IMG/VR virus record: IMGVR_UViG_3300031974_004051
Location: 1,991 to 65,990 of that record
Direction: 5' to 3' (one strand)
Length of the DNA: 64,000 bases
Source: a virus
Taxonomy: Duplodnaviria; Caudoviricetes
This document shows, piece by piece, positions 19,330 to 30,107 of the stretch. A program made the position numbers and the translations under genes. The first letter of the stretch is position 1, and each line of letters starts with the position of its first letter. The notes under the pieces were generated by a model. The model saw only the letters and a list, made by a program, of their open reading frames with translations. It was not told the origin of the DNA and did not search any database.

Positions 19330-20688
19330 TTATTTTAATTTTGACATCAAATCCTTCATTCTCTTGAATTGAGGACTTTCATACGCTTTTGTTTCTGAAA
19401 GTACTTCTTGAGATGAAGATGTTGTCGGGGTTGATGCGATCTTATCAACGACCGCTTCAGTAACATTTTTCTTAGAATCTAATTCACTCGCCATTGTTTT
19501 ATAGGTTGATTTAGATTCAGTTAAAGAAGTGACTGAGTCAAATCTTTTCAAAATGTTTAATTTCTCTTGACGAGTTGTTGAGTGTTCAGTGAACAATCTC
19601 GTAGCGTATGCTAAATTTGCATTGAATACAGCAACTTCATTAAGTTTGTCTTTAAATAACACCAACGCTTTCTTGTACTCTGCGTTTTGTTTCTTTAAAG
19701 TTTCAACTTCTTCGTTGATTGCACCCGCTTTGTATTTAGTCTTAGACTTAATACCAGCTCTGTTAGCTCCACCTTTGTCACCATGGACATTAGATTTTGT
19801 TCTAGCCGCTTCGTCAACCTCTTCCTCATGAGACTCTTCCTCTTCAGAGACTTCTTCTTCAGATACCTCTTCTTCGGAAACTTCTTCGGATACCTCTTCT
19901 TCAGAAACTTCTTCTTCTGAGACCTCTTCTTCTGAGACCTCTTCTTCAGATACTTCTTCTTCTGAGACTTCCTCCTCGGAAACTTCTTCTTCAGATACGT
20001 CGTCTAATTCGATTTCATATACAGTTTCATCACCTTCAGAAACTTCTTCTTCCATATCTTCTTCAGATACTTCTTCGTTAGTTTCTTCAGACACTTCTTC
20101 GTCGTAGCCACCTTCGTGAGCTTCTTCGTCATGTCCTTCAGCGACTTCACCTTCTTCGTCATCTAATTTGATGATGTATTCGTCGTCTCCATCTTCGAGT
20201 TCAACGTTATCACCGTCTCTCTTCACAACAATTCCGTCTTCTGGTTTCATTGATTTGAATACCTTAAGAACTTCGTCGTCAGATGCGTCGGTCATATCAA
20301 GGACATCCTCATCATCCTCCATATCGTCTGCAGCTGGTAATTCTAAATCGTCTTCACCATCTATTGATAGTTCATCAGATTCTTCTTCACCACCTTCATC
20401 TTCTAAATCAGGATCTTCGTCGTCCGCTGGCTCGTCGTTTATCGAAGCTTCGTCATCATTTCCTTCCTCGTCATCAATTCCTTGTTCCGAGATTGGCATA
20501 TCTTTTTCGTCTTCTGTAATAGGAGTTTCGTTACCCTCAACTACCTCTTCTTCCACTGTTTCTTTAAGCACTTCGTTTAGTTCTTCCTTCATAGTTGAAG
20601 CAAGTATACCTTTTGCGTTTGCTTTTACTGCCTCTTCAAGATCTTGTACTTGAAGCAATGCTTGTTCTAAAATGGATTTTTTGCTCAT
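19330..20688 (-). CDS. prohead core/scaffold protein (gp22-like)
   Basis: Very acidic; lies between the protease and MCP; LNEVAVFNANLAY motif. Confidence 0.8.
   Translation of the reverse strand: MSKKSILEQALLQVQDLEEAVKANAKGILASTMKEELNEVLKETVEEEVVEGNETPITEDEKDMPISEQGIDDEEGNDDEASINDEPADDEDPDLEDEGGEEESDELSIDGEDDLELPAADDMEDDEDVLDMTDASDDEVLKVFKSMKPEDGIVVKRDGDNVELEDGDDEYIIKLDDEEGEVAEGHDEEAHEGGYDEEVSEETNEEVSEEDMEEEVSEGDETVYEIELDDVSEEEVSEEEVSEEEVSEEEVSEEEVSEEEVSEEEVSEEVSEEEVSEEEVSEEEESHEEEVDEAARTKSNVHGDKGGANRAGIKSKTKYKAGAINEEVETLKKQNAEYKKALVLFKDKLNEVAVFNANLAYATRLFTEHSTTRQEKLNILKRFDSVTSLTESKSTYKTMASELDSKKNVTEAVVDKIASTPTTSSSQEVLSETKAYESPQFKRMKDLMSKLK
19835..20000 (-). repeat. ~11 tandem EEEVS pentapeptide repeats in the scaffold
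   Basis: 15-nt units with synonymous codon variation. Confidence 0.9.
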
Positions 20689-20770
20689 TTTTTTATTTTA
20701 AGTTTATTAATAAATATCTAATATTTTAGAAAAAATAACTTTTATGATATTCTAATCACAGAAAAATTAA

Positions 20771-21454
20771 TTATCGAGATAAAAAACTATCCAACTTACC
20801 CATTAGTCTTGACATTCTTTCGTCGACTATTGGTTTTTCCTCGATTGATTCTTCATATTTTTCTCTGTCAGATGGGTCTTGGAATACATATGCACCAGGT
20901 GTCGATGGTGATGATACTAAATCAAAACACACCAATTCGAAGTCTTCCTGTACGATATTCTGACCCTTTTCTGATTTTAGTGATCCCACTCCTCTTGAAG
21001 AAATACCTAATGTTACCCCATTCATGAGTAACATGGCGGCTTGATCACCTTTTGTACTTACAATACCTGATTTTTTCCAACCCGGAGAAAGGAGTAATTT
21101 TATTTTCCCCATTAAAATTTTACCGTCCCACCATGTTTCTTCGATTGTATGAGAAACTCTATCTAAATCAATTAAGGATGATGATGGGTGATTGAGTTCA
21201 TTTAGTGCAGAACCCTTACCTATAATATTTTGGTATTTATCTACTTCCCTCTTTAAAACTTTCTCAGGGTAGATTCTACCATTTTTATTTGGAGTGTCGA
21301 ATTTTTGTAAAACAGCGTAAAGAACAATGTCTTCAGAAAAGTCAATACCTTTCATTTCTGATATAATGGATTTGTTTTCTTCAGGAGAAATAAATCCCGC
21401 ATCATACTCTATGAGTATACCTTTACCCGTTTCTTTAGGACCTAATACTTTCAT
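20771..21454 (-). CDS. prohead protease (gp21-like)
   Basis: NKNGRIYP, ELNHP, VSH, GISSRGVGS, FDLVSSPSTPGA. Confidence 0.95.
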   Translation of the reverse strand: MKVLGPKETGKGILIEYDAGFISPEENKSIISEMKGIDFSEDIVLYAVLQKFDTPNKNGRIYPEKVLKREVDKYQNIIGKGSALNELNHPSSSLIDLDRVSHTIEETWWDGKILMGKIKLLLSPGWKKSGIVSTKGDQAAMLLMNGVTLGISSRGVGSLKSEKGQNIVQEDFELVCFDLVSSPSTPGAYVFQDPSDREKYEESIEEKPIVDERMSRLMGKLDSFLSR

Positions 21455-21495
21455 GTACCTATAGTTTTATTACTATAAATACATCGTAATCTAAG

Positions 21496-21921
21496 TTATT
21501 TTTTCTTTTTGTTGAAATTAAACAACATTTCATCATTTAAACACGTGTCAATTATTTCTTTTAAAAGAATATCCATGTGTCTTTTTAGTTCCTTATCTCT
21601 AATGTTAATTTGTTTTAAGGTATATAAAGTTATCTCTATATTCATAAAAGATCTCTTTTCCTTAGTGATTCCCTTAGTTCTGACATCTAAGTCCACAATA
21701 GACTCAGGTCTAAACAAATCATACCCCAACGTAAAAATTAATTTTTTGATTTTATTTCTTGCAGTTCTGACGATTCTCTCATAATCGTCACAAGATTCAT
21801 GTGGTTCCAACCACGAGTTTAGAGAAAGATATATTGTTTTTAATTCTTTATGATTTATAGTACCATATCCAATTTTAACATCTTTGTAAATTCCTAATGG
21901 AATAAAACGACCTAATTTCAT
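21496..21921 (-). CDS. hypothetical protein
   Basis: 141-aa ORF. Confidence 0.65.
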   Translation of the reverse strand: MKLGRFIPLGIYKDVKIGYGTINHKELKTIYLSLNSWLEPHESCDDYERIVRTARNKIKKLIFTLGYDLFRPESIVDLDVRTKGITKEKRSFMNIEITLYTLKQINIRDKELKRHMDILLKEIIDTCLNDEMLFNFNKKKK

Positions 21922-22024
21922 TTATATTTAACATATCACTACATTTATGGTGTATACTAAAATATAAACAAAAATATTTACAAAGACAAATTTTTCTAGT
22001 ATATTTATTGATATTAAGAAAAAT

Positions 22025-22216
22025 ATGTTAATAGTAAAAGTAGATAAGGGTGGTGTTGAAAAAGCGATAAAAAAATTACGTTCTAAAGTAAGGAACACCA
22101 AACAAATAAAACAGTTAAGGGAACGACAGGAATTTACTAAACCCTCAGTCAAGAAAAGATTAAAGAAACAAAAGGCTATTTACATTCAAAAACTAAGGGA
22201 TTTAGAAGACAAATAA
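22025..22216 (+). CDS. rpsU: ribosomal protein bS21 (Bacteroidia type)
   Basis: MLIV.V...VEKAIKK...LRERQEFTKPSVKKR...KAIYIQ. Confidence 0.92.
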   Translation: MLIVKVDKGGVEKAIKKLRSKVRNTKQIKQLRERQEFTKPSVKKRLKKQKAIYIQKLRDLEDK

Positions 22217-22244
22217 AAAAAGGTGTCGATTGACACCTTTTTTG
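22215..22244. terminator. bidirectional terminator between rpsU and the convergent gene
   Basis: A-run GGTGTC gatt GACACC T-run. Confidence 0.8.
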
Positions 22245-22976
22245 TTATGATAAACCTTCTAATAAATCTCCTATCCTATATAAATTATATTTGGTTGACT
22301 CCATTTCATGAACCTCTTGTTTGACCTGTTTGGCCTTTTGTTCAAATGAAGGGTCTTCTTTAATTAACTCTTCTAATTTTGTGTCAATTGACTCTCTAAT
22401 TTCTTGGATCTTTTCCTCTACTTCAGATTGTTTCATTGTTGTAATTGACTTGAACTTAGATTTATCTTCTTCAGATAATGTTTTATCAAAACTAACATTA
22501 AAATTATTAACTAATACAGAGTTTAATAAATTCTCATTTACACCTTCTTTTACCTCAAGTGTGTCTTTTGTCTTTGATGTAGTTAAATGTTCCACCAATT
22601 CTTTTTTAGCTACAACTTTAGATGAAATATTACCTAGTTTATCAGGACATGATAAAACATCTAATGACTCATATAATGAGTTTTCATTTGAAGTAATATT
22701 TTCCAAGGATTCGTGTAGTGATTTTAATTCAGTACTAACCTCCTCGTGTTTACCTCTCAAAACTTTAGATAACTCTTCCACATATAATTGTGCGGTTTCC
22801 TTATCATCAAACGTCATTGTTTCGATATCCTCATAAAGTGAATACATTTCTTTTAAAGTTTCACTTTTCATAATTGGTTTGAAAAATTTATTCAAATTAC
22901 CTTTAAATGATTCTTTACCATAAGACTCACTTAAAACTGTTAATATTCTATTTTTAATGTTTCCGAATGTTGCCAT
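22245..22976 (-). CDS. hypothetical head-module protein
   Basis: 243-aa ORF directly downstream of the portal gene. Confidence 0.7.
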   Translation of the reverse strand: MATFGNIKNRILTVLSESYGKESFKGNLNKFFKPIMKSETLKEMYSLYEDIETMTFDDKETAQLYVEELSKVLRGKHEEVSTELKSLHESLENITSNENSLYESLDVLSCPDKLGNISSKVVAKKELVEHLTTSKTKDTLEVKEGVNENLLNSVLVNNFNVSFDKTLSEEDKSKFKSITTMKQSEVEEKIQEIRESIDTKLEELIKEDPSFEQKAKQVKQEVHEMESTKYNLYRIGDLLEGLS

Positions 22977-22978
22977 AG

Positions 22979-24793
22979 TTACTCTTGTATAATGTCTTTG
23001 AGTTTATTTTCTATTTCATAAATATTCTGTTGTGCCTTATCGACATCAAAAAGATCATCAAATTCTTTAGTGTCATCACCCAACATACCTAATATTTTAC
23101 TTTTTTTCGTTTCACTTAGAGGTTCATCACCGGCAGAATCAGGTGGTGGTGGTGCGGAACCTCCGCCTGAACCAAGGTCCATTCCACCCATGTCACCTCC
23201 CTCAGCAGGTGCCATACTATCTTCCATCGCTTGTCTTTCTTCTTCAGGAATTCCATACTTCTTATCAACCTCATCAAACACACCCGTTCTCTTAATGATG
23301 TTTTGCGTAATACCTAATTCGGCACCAAGAGCTCTTTCAAGTCTTTGTTGTTGTAAATCAAGAATTACATCATTATCACTCATACCAAGAATATTCTTTT
23401 TAGCCCACGTATGTGACACAGGTTGAATACCAATCTGTGATTGGTCTGAAGTTGCATCTTTGTAAAGTGTAATTTTTTCTTTCCACTGTTCAATCTTTAA
23501 TAAATCCGATTGTGCGGATGGGTTCGTTAGTGATAGAGTAAAATTGTTTAATTCATCTTCTAACCCTAAAAGATACAGGTGAACTAATGCAATTTTATTT
23601 AATTCCTGTATTAAAGATTTTTGAACTCTATTGATGGTTCTAGCAAAACGGATATCCATTAATGCCAAACTTTTACCTTCACCTACAATTTCTTCAAAAC
23701 CTAAAAACGCCTTTGGTATTCTTAGAGCTGCGAGTAGTTTCTTCTGTATATATTCAATATCCGCAATTTCACCCAAGTTCTGTGCACCAGGTAATGTCTC
23801 GATAGGTGATGACTGAGATGGATCTCTTACAGGTATGAAATAATCTTGGTCAACTGCCATCTGATTATATCTCATATCCACTTGACCATTTCTTTGATCA
23901 ACTATTTGATCTCTTTTAAACTTGTTGGCAACACGTTGTACATATGCTTCAATATCTTTATCATCCATGTTACCCACGAATACCTTGAATACTCTTCTTT
24001 CAGGTGCTCTTGAAGTTCTATAGATTAACATCGCATCTTCAGCAAGTAATAGTTGTTTCCAAATACGTCTAACCTTATCTAACATAGATGTTCCATAAGG
24101 TAGTTTTCTATCATCCCCCAGTAATCTAAAATGTGCGACTTCCCATGCTTGGAATTCCATATCCTTATTTTTCCAAGTAAATCTAAGTTCTCTACTTGGT
24201 AACTTTTCATTTCTTTCTGCCTTATGAACTTGTGATGCCGCACCTTCGTGTCTTTCGATTTCTATGTTTGGTAATTGTTGACAACCAATAACCCCTTTTG
24301 ATGGATCTATTTTTAAATAAACGAAGTTGTCACCATACTTAGCGGTACCTCTACACCACATTTGTAGGTTTGTGTTGATATCAAGAATATCATAGAACAG
24401 ACTTTCTAATATATTTTTAACTCTTTTTGATTCCGAATAGATTGTTAGTATCTGACCTTTTTCGGATAATGTTGTTGACTCTTCTGAATAGATATCTAAA
24501 GCGGCGGATATCTCAGGTGTAAATTCCATGGACTCATAATCGTAGTATGCCGCTAACCTATTTGGCTCATAATAAACTGATTGGTTATAGAGTGACTGGT
24601 CAAGTTTTGCCCATTTATCGGCAATATATTGACTCTGTTGCTGTTGCAACATCTCTCTTTCATAATCTTCCCTACTATCAGTCTTAAGTAACTGATCCCT
24701 ATCAAATTTATATTGGGGTGGTGTTGGTCTTTCCGCTTGAAAACCAAAAACCTTAGTCAACCTTTGATATACTGTTAAATTTTGCTTCGCCAT
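22979..24793 (-). CDS. portal protein (gp20-like)
   Basis: AALDIY.EE, VAHFRL, QLLLAEDAMLIYRTSRAPERRVF, IETLPG, L..ALRIPKAFL. Confidence 0.95.
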   Translation of the reverse strand: MAKQNLTVYQRLTKVFGFQAERPTPPQYKFDRDQLLKTDSREDYEREMLQQQQSQYIADKWAKLDQSLYNQSVYYEPNRLAAYYDYESMEFTPEISAALDIYSEESTTLSEKGQILTIYSESKRVKNILESLFYDILDINTNLQMWCRGTAKYGDNFVYLKIDPSKGVIGCQQLPNIEIERHEGAASQVHKAERNEKLPSRELRFTWKNKDMEFQAWEVAHFRLLGDDRKLPYGTSMLDKVRRIWKQLLLAEDAMLIYRTSRAPERRVFKVFVGNMDDKDIEAYVQRVANKFKRDQIVDQRNGQVDMRYNQMAVDQDYFIPVRDPSQSSPIETLPGAQNLGEIADIEYIQKKLLAALRIPKAFLGFEEIVGEGKSLALMDIRFARTINRVQKSLIQELNKIALVHLYLLGLEDELNNFTLSLTNPSAQSDLLKIEQWKEKITLYKDATSDQSQIGIQPVSHTWAKKNILGMSDNDVILDLQQQRLERALGAELGITQNIIKRTGVFDEVDKKYGIPEEERQAMEDSMAPAEGGDMGGMDLGSGGGSAPPPPDSAGDEPLSETKKSKILGMLGDDTKEFDDLFDVDKAQQNIYEIENKLKDIIQE

Positions 24794-24844
24794 ATTAATA
24801 AATATTACTCTTTATAATATAAGAAATTTTTTTGACATTTTAAA

Positions 24845-26623
24845 CTACCTATACCCTTTTTTACTGAATAACCATCCGTACTCCTTATATTGATCAATTC
24901 CAACAGTATCTTTATTCAAACCGTGTGATGGTTGACCGTCCATAGACATAGAACCAATAGCGTCAAATGCGGTCCCATGAGAATAAAAAGATTTTTTAGT
25001 TTCATAGGTACGTTCAGATAACAACCAAGAATCTAACATAGCTTTATTAGCACTATCATTTCTTTTTAGTTGTGTGAAACATATATCACCCACATACATT
25101 GCGATCGCCATTGCCATAATTGCATCATCGTGTGCCCCTTTCATGTGGTTAGGTCGACCATTTATATAAACGAAAGTGTTTAATTCATTTAGTAATCTTG
25201 AAGATCTAACTACAAAACCATGTCTTAATTGTTCCTCAAAACTTGCAACAATTTGTGTCCTTTTATTGTTAAAGTTTATACCAGGTATTTTATCCTGAGT
25301 TTTTTTATTGTACTGCCAAATATTGTTTGAGGTTACTCCATCAATATACTGATCTTTATAACCCATTTCCTGTAATTTACGTGATGTTGCAATTCCCATA
25401 CCTCCCGTAATATCTGTTGCAACAAACGCTTTGTATAGTGTTCCCCATTTGTAAACAATAGAGGCTAAATCATCGGGTGGAATTTTACCAACATATTCCG
25501 CGACTTGTTCCCCTTCATCAAAATCAATTACACATATCGAAGACGCATCCGCACTATCACCTCTTGAAACATCAACTCCCATGATATATCTATGACCCTC
25601 AACAGGTTCTTTCCATAACCACATAGTACCCTGCATATATTTTTCAATCGGGTCTTTAATCATGGTCTTTCTTATTCTATCTTGTACACTGTTAGGGATA
25701 ACACCGTCACCAGAACCGAGGAAGTCACACTCCAATTCCTGTGCGATCTTTCTTTTATCATATTTGAATTTCTTTGCCATATTCTCAAACCAATGAGAAT
25801 AGGGTTTGTATCCTTGTTCGAGTAATTCCTCATAACCTTCCCAACCTTGTTCTAATATTATCTCATCATCATTGTATTGTTCTCTATTCAACATATAATG
25901 GATAATATCTTCAACTTTAATCCATTTTAGATCACCAGCATATCTTGGGTCTTTAAACCATCTTAAATCGGTTACTTTAAAATCATTCATTCCTCTTAAT
26001 GCTTGATCATAAACACCGTAGTATATTGGATCATAACCGTTAGGTGTTGAGATAAGAATTACTTTACCACCTGTTGAAAGTGATGCCATACATGCCGCCC
26101 AAAAATCTTCACCCGCTTCAATATATGCCGCCTCATCAAACACAAGAACTGTGGGTGTATAACCACGCAATGCATCCGCAGATGTTGCAACGGCTTTTAC
26201 CTCACAACCATTGTTCATTCGATACCTACTTTCAGAGTTTTTATCCGCTGAGAAACCAACATTAATCCATTCGGGCCACTGATCTAAAAATCCACGAATC
26301 TTATTTGCCATTTCAATTGCGGTATCCCTTTTGTTCGCAATGATTAGTATTCTTTCAGGATTGTCAGGACTTGCAGTCTGAATTTTTTTTGATAACCACG
26401 CCGCAGTTACAGTGGATACCCCCGCCTGTCTATACTTACGAGTGATATTTTCATTATAGTTATCATAATCATTAATCAATTGAATTTGATCAGGGAATAA
26501 CTCTAATGGAACATATTTTTTTTGTGTGTTGTCGTATGTTGTTAGATATGTTTTAAGGGCATACGGAGTATCCTTCATTATCTTGGCGTACTCTTTCAAC
26601 TGTAATAATTTCTGTTTGTCCAT
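24845..26623 (-). CDS. terminase large subunit (gp17-like)
   Basis: KYRQAGVST, VFDEAAYI, ISTPNG, QELECDF, GVDVSRG, HDDAIMA. Confidence 0.96.
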   Translation of the reverse strand: MDKQKLLQLKEYAKIMKDTPYALKTYLTTYDNTQKKYVPLELFPDQIQLINDYDNYNENITRKYRQAGVSTVTAAWLSKKIQTASPDNPERILIIANKRDTAIEMANKIRGFLDQWPEWINVGFSADKNSESRYRMNNGCEVKAVATSADALRGYTPTVLVFDEAAYIEAGEDFWAACMASLSTGGKVILISTPNGYDPIYYGVYDQALRGMNDFKVTDLRWFKDPRYAGDLKWIKVEDIIHYMLNREQYNDDEIILEQGWEGYEELLEQGYKPYSHWFENMAKKFKYDKRKIAQELECDFLGSGDGVIPNSVQDRIRKTMIKDPIEKYMQGTMWLWKEPVEGHRYIMGVDVSRGDSADASSICVIDFDEGEQVAEYVGKIPPDDLASIVYKWGTLYKAFVATDITGGMGIATSRKLQEMGYKDQYIDGVTSNNIWQYNKKTQDKIPGINFNNKRTQIVASFEEQLRHGFVVRSSRLLNELNTFVYINGRPNHMKGAHDDAIMAMAIAMYVGDICFTQLKRNDSANKAMLDSWLLSERTYETKKSFYSHGTAFDAIGSMSMDGQPSHGLNKDTVGIDQYKEYGWLFSKKGYR

Positions 26624-26669
26624 ATCCTATAAATACAAAAAAAGTGGTCTTTTAACCACTTTTGATTTT

Positions 26670-27998
26670 TTATACGGTTGGTGTGTCGTCGTCGTCAGGT
26701 GATAGATTAATACCTAAAGATCCTAATAACCCACTTAACCCATCATCTTCATCATCACCATACTCTCTGTCGTACTCATCTTCTTCGTAGTCCTCAGTTT
26801 TGATATCATCAATAATTTGATTTACCATTTTACTTACAATCTCTTTACCGAGTTCAGAACCTCTTAAAATTTCTTTAGCCACTTTAAAAAATTCATTGAC
26901 ATCTAACTGAGTGAATCTCGATATTAAATAGTTCTGTAAATGTTTATACTCATCTTCAGCTAACTTATCTGGGTAGGACTCTCTAAATTTCTCCCAAATT
27001 ACGGGACCTAATCTCAAATCCCATATTTCACCTGCTAATGTATCTGTTTTATCGGTCACCATTTTTTCGGATCTTGGGTCTTCAGGAAGTCCTTTGTTTG
27101 TGATAGACTCCATAACACCTTTAATTAATTCATGTACCAAAACAGGAAAAACTAATCCCCTTGCCTTAATTGTTGGTGGATCAGTTTCGGCATCTAATTC
27201 TTGTTTACCTGCCATAGGACTATTACCTCCCTGTAATTGACCCATAATCATTTCATCATCAAATAACCAATAACCAATATCGGCCATTGACATTACAACA
27301 CCATATTTCGTCACAATGTTAGGATCTCTTTCAGATAATTCATCAGCAACTAATTCGAACATATAGTGACCTTTATTTGAAGCACCTTGGATCATGGCAT
27401 TTATAAATCTTCTTTTCGCCACTTCCGCATCGAATTTTTCAAATGAGGTCATAAAGTTTTCAATATCTTCCTCAGCCTCTTCAGGAGAAACACCAAACTG
27501 TTGTTCAATCTCTTCTTCGGATGGATCTTCACCCTGCATTTTCATACCCCCCAAATCCATATCCTCCATACCTACAAGTTTTGCATCAAATTGGAAAGTT
27601 CCTTCAGGAACGGACATTTCTTTTTTAACAAGTTCAACCGCTAAATTTTCTAAATACTCCTTGTTTTGACTTTCAAATGACCCAATTTCTCTTAGTGTTC
27701 TTTGAACTAATTGTACTAAACCGAACAAATTATCGGTTACATTACCTTCCATTCCCGTATATCTCTTTAGTTTAGTTACGATATCTTTAAATCTTTTTGA
27801 GGCAATTAACTCTTCAAAATTTGAAGGTACCCCATCAGGTACCTCATTTGGTATTGCGGGATTATCTTTAAAGTCGGTATCTCTTCTTGCTAGTTTATCC
27901 TCAATACCAGATTTCATTCTATCAGGAAGATCCCCATAATCAATAGGTGCTTCTTTTAACTTACGAATGTTTTCTAAAAGTTCTTTTTTACTAATCAT
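26670..27998 (-). CDS. hypothetical protein (HELIKG motif)
   Basis: 442-aa ORF followed by a terminator at about 26637-26665. Confidence 0.7.
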   Translation of the reverse strand: MISKKELLENIRKLKEAPIDYGDLPDRMKSGIEDKLARRDTDFKDNPAIPNEVPDGVPSNFEELIASKRFKDIVTKLKRYTGMEGNVTDNLFGLVQLVQRTLREIGSFESQNKEYLENLAVELVKKEMSVPEGTFQFDAKLVGMEDMDLGGMKMQGEDPSEEEIEQQFGVSPEEAEEDIENFMTSFEKFDAEVAKRRFINAMIQGASNKGHYMFELVADELSERDPNIVTKYGVVMSMADIGYWLFDDEMIMGQLQGGNSPMAGKQELDAETDPPTIKARGLVFPVLVHELIKGVMESITNKGLPEDPRSEKMVTDKTDTLAGEIWDLRLGPVIWEKFRESYPDKLAEDEYKHLQNYLISRFTQLDVNEFFKVAKEILRGSELGKEIVSKMVNQIIDDIKTEDYEEDEYDREYGDDEDDGLSGLLGSLGINLSPDDDDTPTV

Positions 27999-28612
27999 TC
28001 CGCCGCTTGTTTAAAATCTAAACCTAATGATTTAAAGGTTAACTCCTTTGGTAACTCCGCCTTAGGTCTCGGACTACGTCTTGGTTCAAACGGATTTTCT
28101 CTTTTGGGTTTGTCAGGTTTTGTGGTTGGTTTCTCCCTAACAGGTGTATCGGTATCAGGTTTAGAGGGTGATGGTTGTTGTTCATCAACATTAAACATAC
28201 TTTGAGCGGCTACTAATCTATCAGCACTATCACTTAAAGAACCAATCATTTCATAAATTTCCTCTTTTGTTGTGACTTCACCATGATAGTTTTTAGTTAC
28301 AACTGATTCGACCCACTCATTCATTTCTTTTTTGGGTTTTTTACCCGCTTTCTTCATTGCTATCGCAATTGCGGCTTGTTGTGCTGCCGAGGACGATTCT
28401 TCTACATCCTCATCTTCCTCAGTCACCTCAATTGTATCATCATCACTGACTTTGTCTTTAATTTGATCTACTTTATCTGCAGATACCTTATAAACCGCTT
28501 CAGATAGAATTCTATCAGATAATTCTTGTAACTGTTTGTCAGTTAAGTTAGAAAGGAATTTTTCACTTAAACCCTCACTAATTAATTTCTTTACTATATC
28601 TTTTCTTTTCAT
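27995..28612 (-). CDS. hypothetical protein, possibly head-internal
   Basis: 205-aa ORF with LSE/ISE motifs. Confidence 0.65.
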   Translation of the reverse strand: MKRKDIVKKLISEGLSEKFLSNLTDKQLQELSDRILSEAVYKVSADKVDQIKDKVSDDDTIEVTEEDEDVEESSSAAQQAAIAIAMKKAGKKPKKEMNEWVESVVTKNYHGEVTTKEEIYEMIGSLSDSADRLVAAQSMFNVDEQQPSPSKPDTDTPVREKPTTKPDKPKRENPFEPRRSPRPKAELPKELTFKSLGLDFKQAAE

Positions 28613-29013
28613 ACCCCTGTATCGAATTTCAGTTCTTCTTTTATGAGTCTAAAACCTCTCGACTCTATTTTTTTATTTACAGATTCAATCGTTTCTGCAA
28701 ACGAAAAAGTAAGTCTTTCGAACTCACTCTCATAATCAAATTTTTCCCAACCTAATGATATAACACCATCAACAGCATCTATGATACCAAAGTAGTCCGA
28801 CTTCTGTACAAGATCTAATTCAATATCACTATTCTTCAAAACACCCACTAAAGAAATATATTCTAAATCAGGTGATAATGGTTCTGTGTATGTAGATGCG
28901 GGGATATGATACCATTCTTCTATATCAAATTCAGTTTGATCACTGAAAATAAATTCATATTGTTTCTGACCTTTATAATCAGAACCAATTTCGTTGATAT
29001 AGATTAGTCTCAT
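28609..29013 (-). CDS. hypothetical protein
   Basis: 134-aa ORF. Confidence 0.65.
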   Translation of the reverse strand: MRLIYINEIGSDYKGQKQYEFIFSDQTEFDIEEWYHIPASTYTEPLSPDLEYISLVGVLKNSDIELDLVQKSDYFGIIDAVDGVISLGWEKFDYESEFERLTFSFAETIESVNKKIESRGFRLIKEELKFDTGV

Positions 29014-29014
29014 C

Positions 29015-30040
29015 TTACTTAAAATATTTACTCAAAGTTTCACCAACGTGTTTGTTGATTTCACCCTTGAGTTCTTCTAAGTCGATTTCTTCTATAGCTT
29101 CTTCTTCAGGAATTTCTTCCTCACGTTGTACACTTAAATCCGCTAAGTCTTCAATTGATTTTTCTTCTAATTCTTCGGATGAGTCTTCATCAACAGTATC
29201 ACCAACAAAACTCTCTAATTTTGCCATTATTTCATCGATCTCACCATCTACTTCTTCATCGCCCATTTCAGGTTCTTCAGCAGGAACGTCACCAATTTCA
29301 TCATCCATTGATGGGTCATCAAAAGACTCCTCATCTTTAGGTTCGAATTTTTCAGCGATGTCTTCTCTATCCTCTTCATCAAGTGCGTCAAGGTCGACGG
29401 CAGATATAACCATATTTAAAACATATTTTATATCATCACTCATCATCTTTTCTTTCACGTCTCTGAGTGCTTGTCCTAACTTACCTGAGAATTTTTGAAC
29501 CTCAGCCATATAGTCTGATCTTTTACCTTCCTCACCTTCATCACCTATTTCAGGTTCTTCAGCAGGAACGTCACCAATAGCGTTATCTTCAGGAGGTAAG
29601 TCATCAACAGGTGCATCGTCTACAGGTAAATCATCTACAGGTTCTGCAGGTACATCTTCCACTGGTGCCTCATCAGCAACAGGTTCTGAAGATTTAGTTT
29701 TTAAAACATATTTTTTTGCTTCCTGTAGTGATTCCTGTCCACTAATTAATTCTAATCTTTTTAGTGCTTCGGAATACGATGAAAACTTATTTTTATTTTT
29801 CATGAAAATACCACCGATATAATCTAAAGAACTTTCATTGAGTCCTTTCTTTACGTAGTACCCATCTTTTTCTTTTACAATACCATAAGTACCGTTTGTA
29901 GATTCTTTTATATACTCAACGTTAGATGATTCATTAATTGTTTGTTTAGGAGTTCTACCATAGTTGGCAATCTCCATGATTCTTTTTAATTTTTCATCAC
30001 CTTGTAGTCTTTCACTACCCAATGGTTTAAGATCTGACAT
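29015..30040 (-). CDS. acidic hypothetical protein, possibly head-internal
   Basis: 341-aa ORF; TATTTATA box at 30074-30081. Confidence 0.7.
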   Translation of the reverse strand: MSDLKPLGSERLQGDEKLKRIMEIANYGRTPKQTINESSNVEYIKESTNGTYGIVKEKDGYYVKKGLNESSLDYIGGIFMKNKNKFSSYSEALKRLELISGQESLQEAKKYVLKTKSSEPVADEAPVEDVPAEPVDDLPVDDAPVDDLPPEDNAIGDVPAEEPEIGDEGEEGKRSDYMAEVQKFSGKLGQALRDVKEKMMSDDIKYVLNMVISAVDLDALDEEDREDIAEKFEPKDEESFDDPSMDDEIGDVPAEEPEMGDEEVDGEIDEIMAKLESFVGDTVDEDSSEELEEKSIEDLADLSVQREEEIPEEEAIEEIDLEELKGEINKHVGETLSKYFK

Positions 30041-30107
30041 ATTAATATATTTGTTAATAACTTATTCTTATACTATAAATACAACAATATCAAGAAAAAA
30101 ATATCGT

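Noticed and set aside
17584-26623. Introns or inteins in terminase, portal or capsid genes
   Set aside because: ORFs are continuous, of ordinary length, with no intein or homing-endonuclease motifs.
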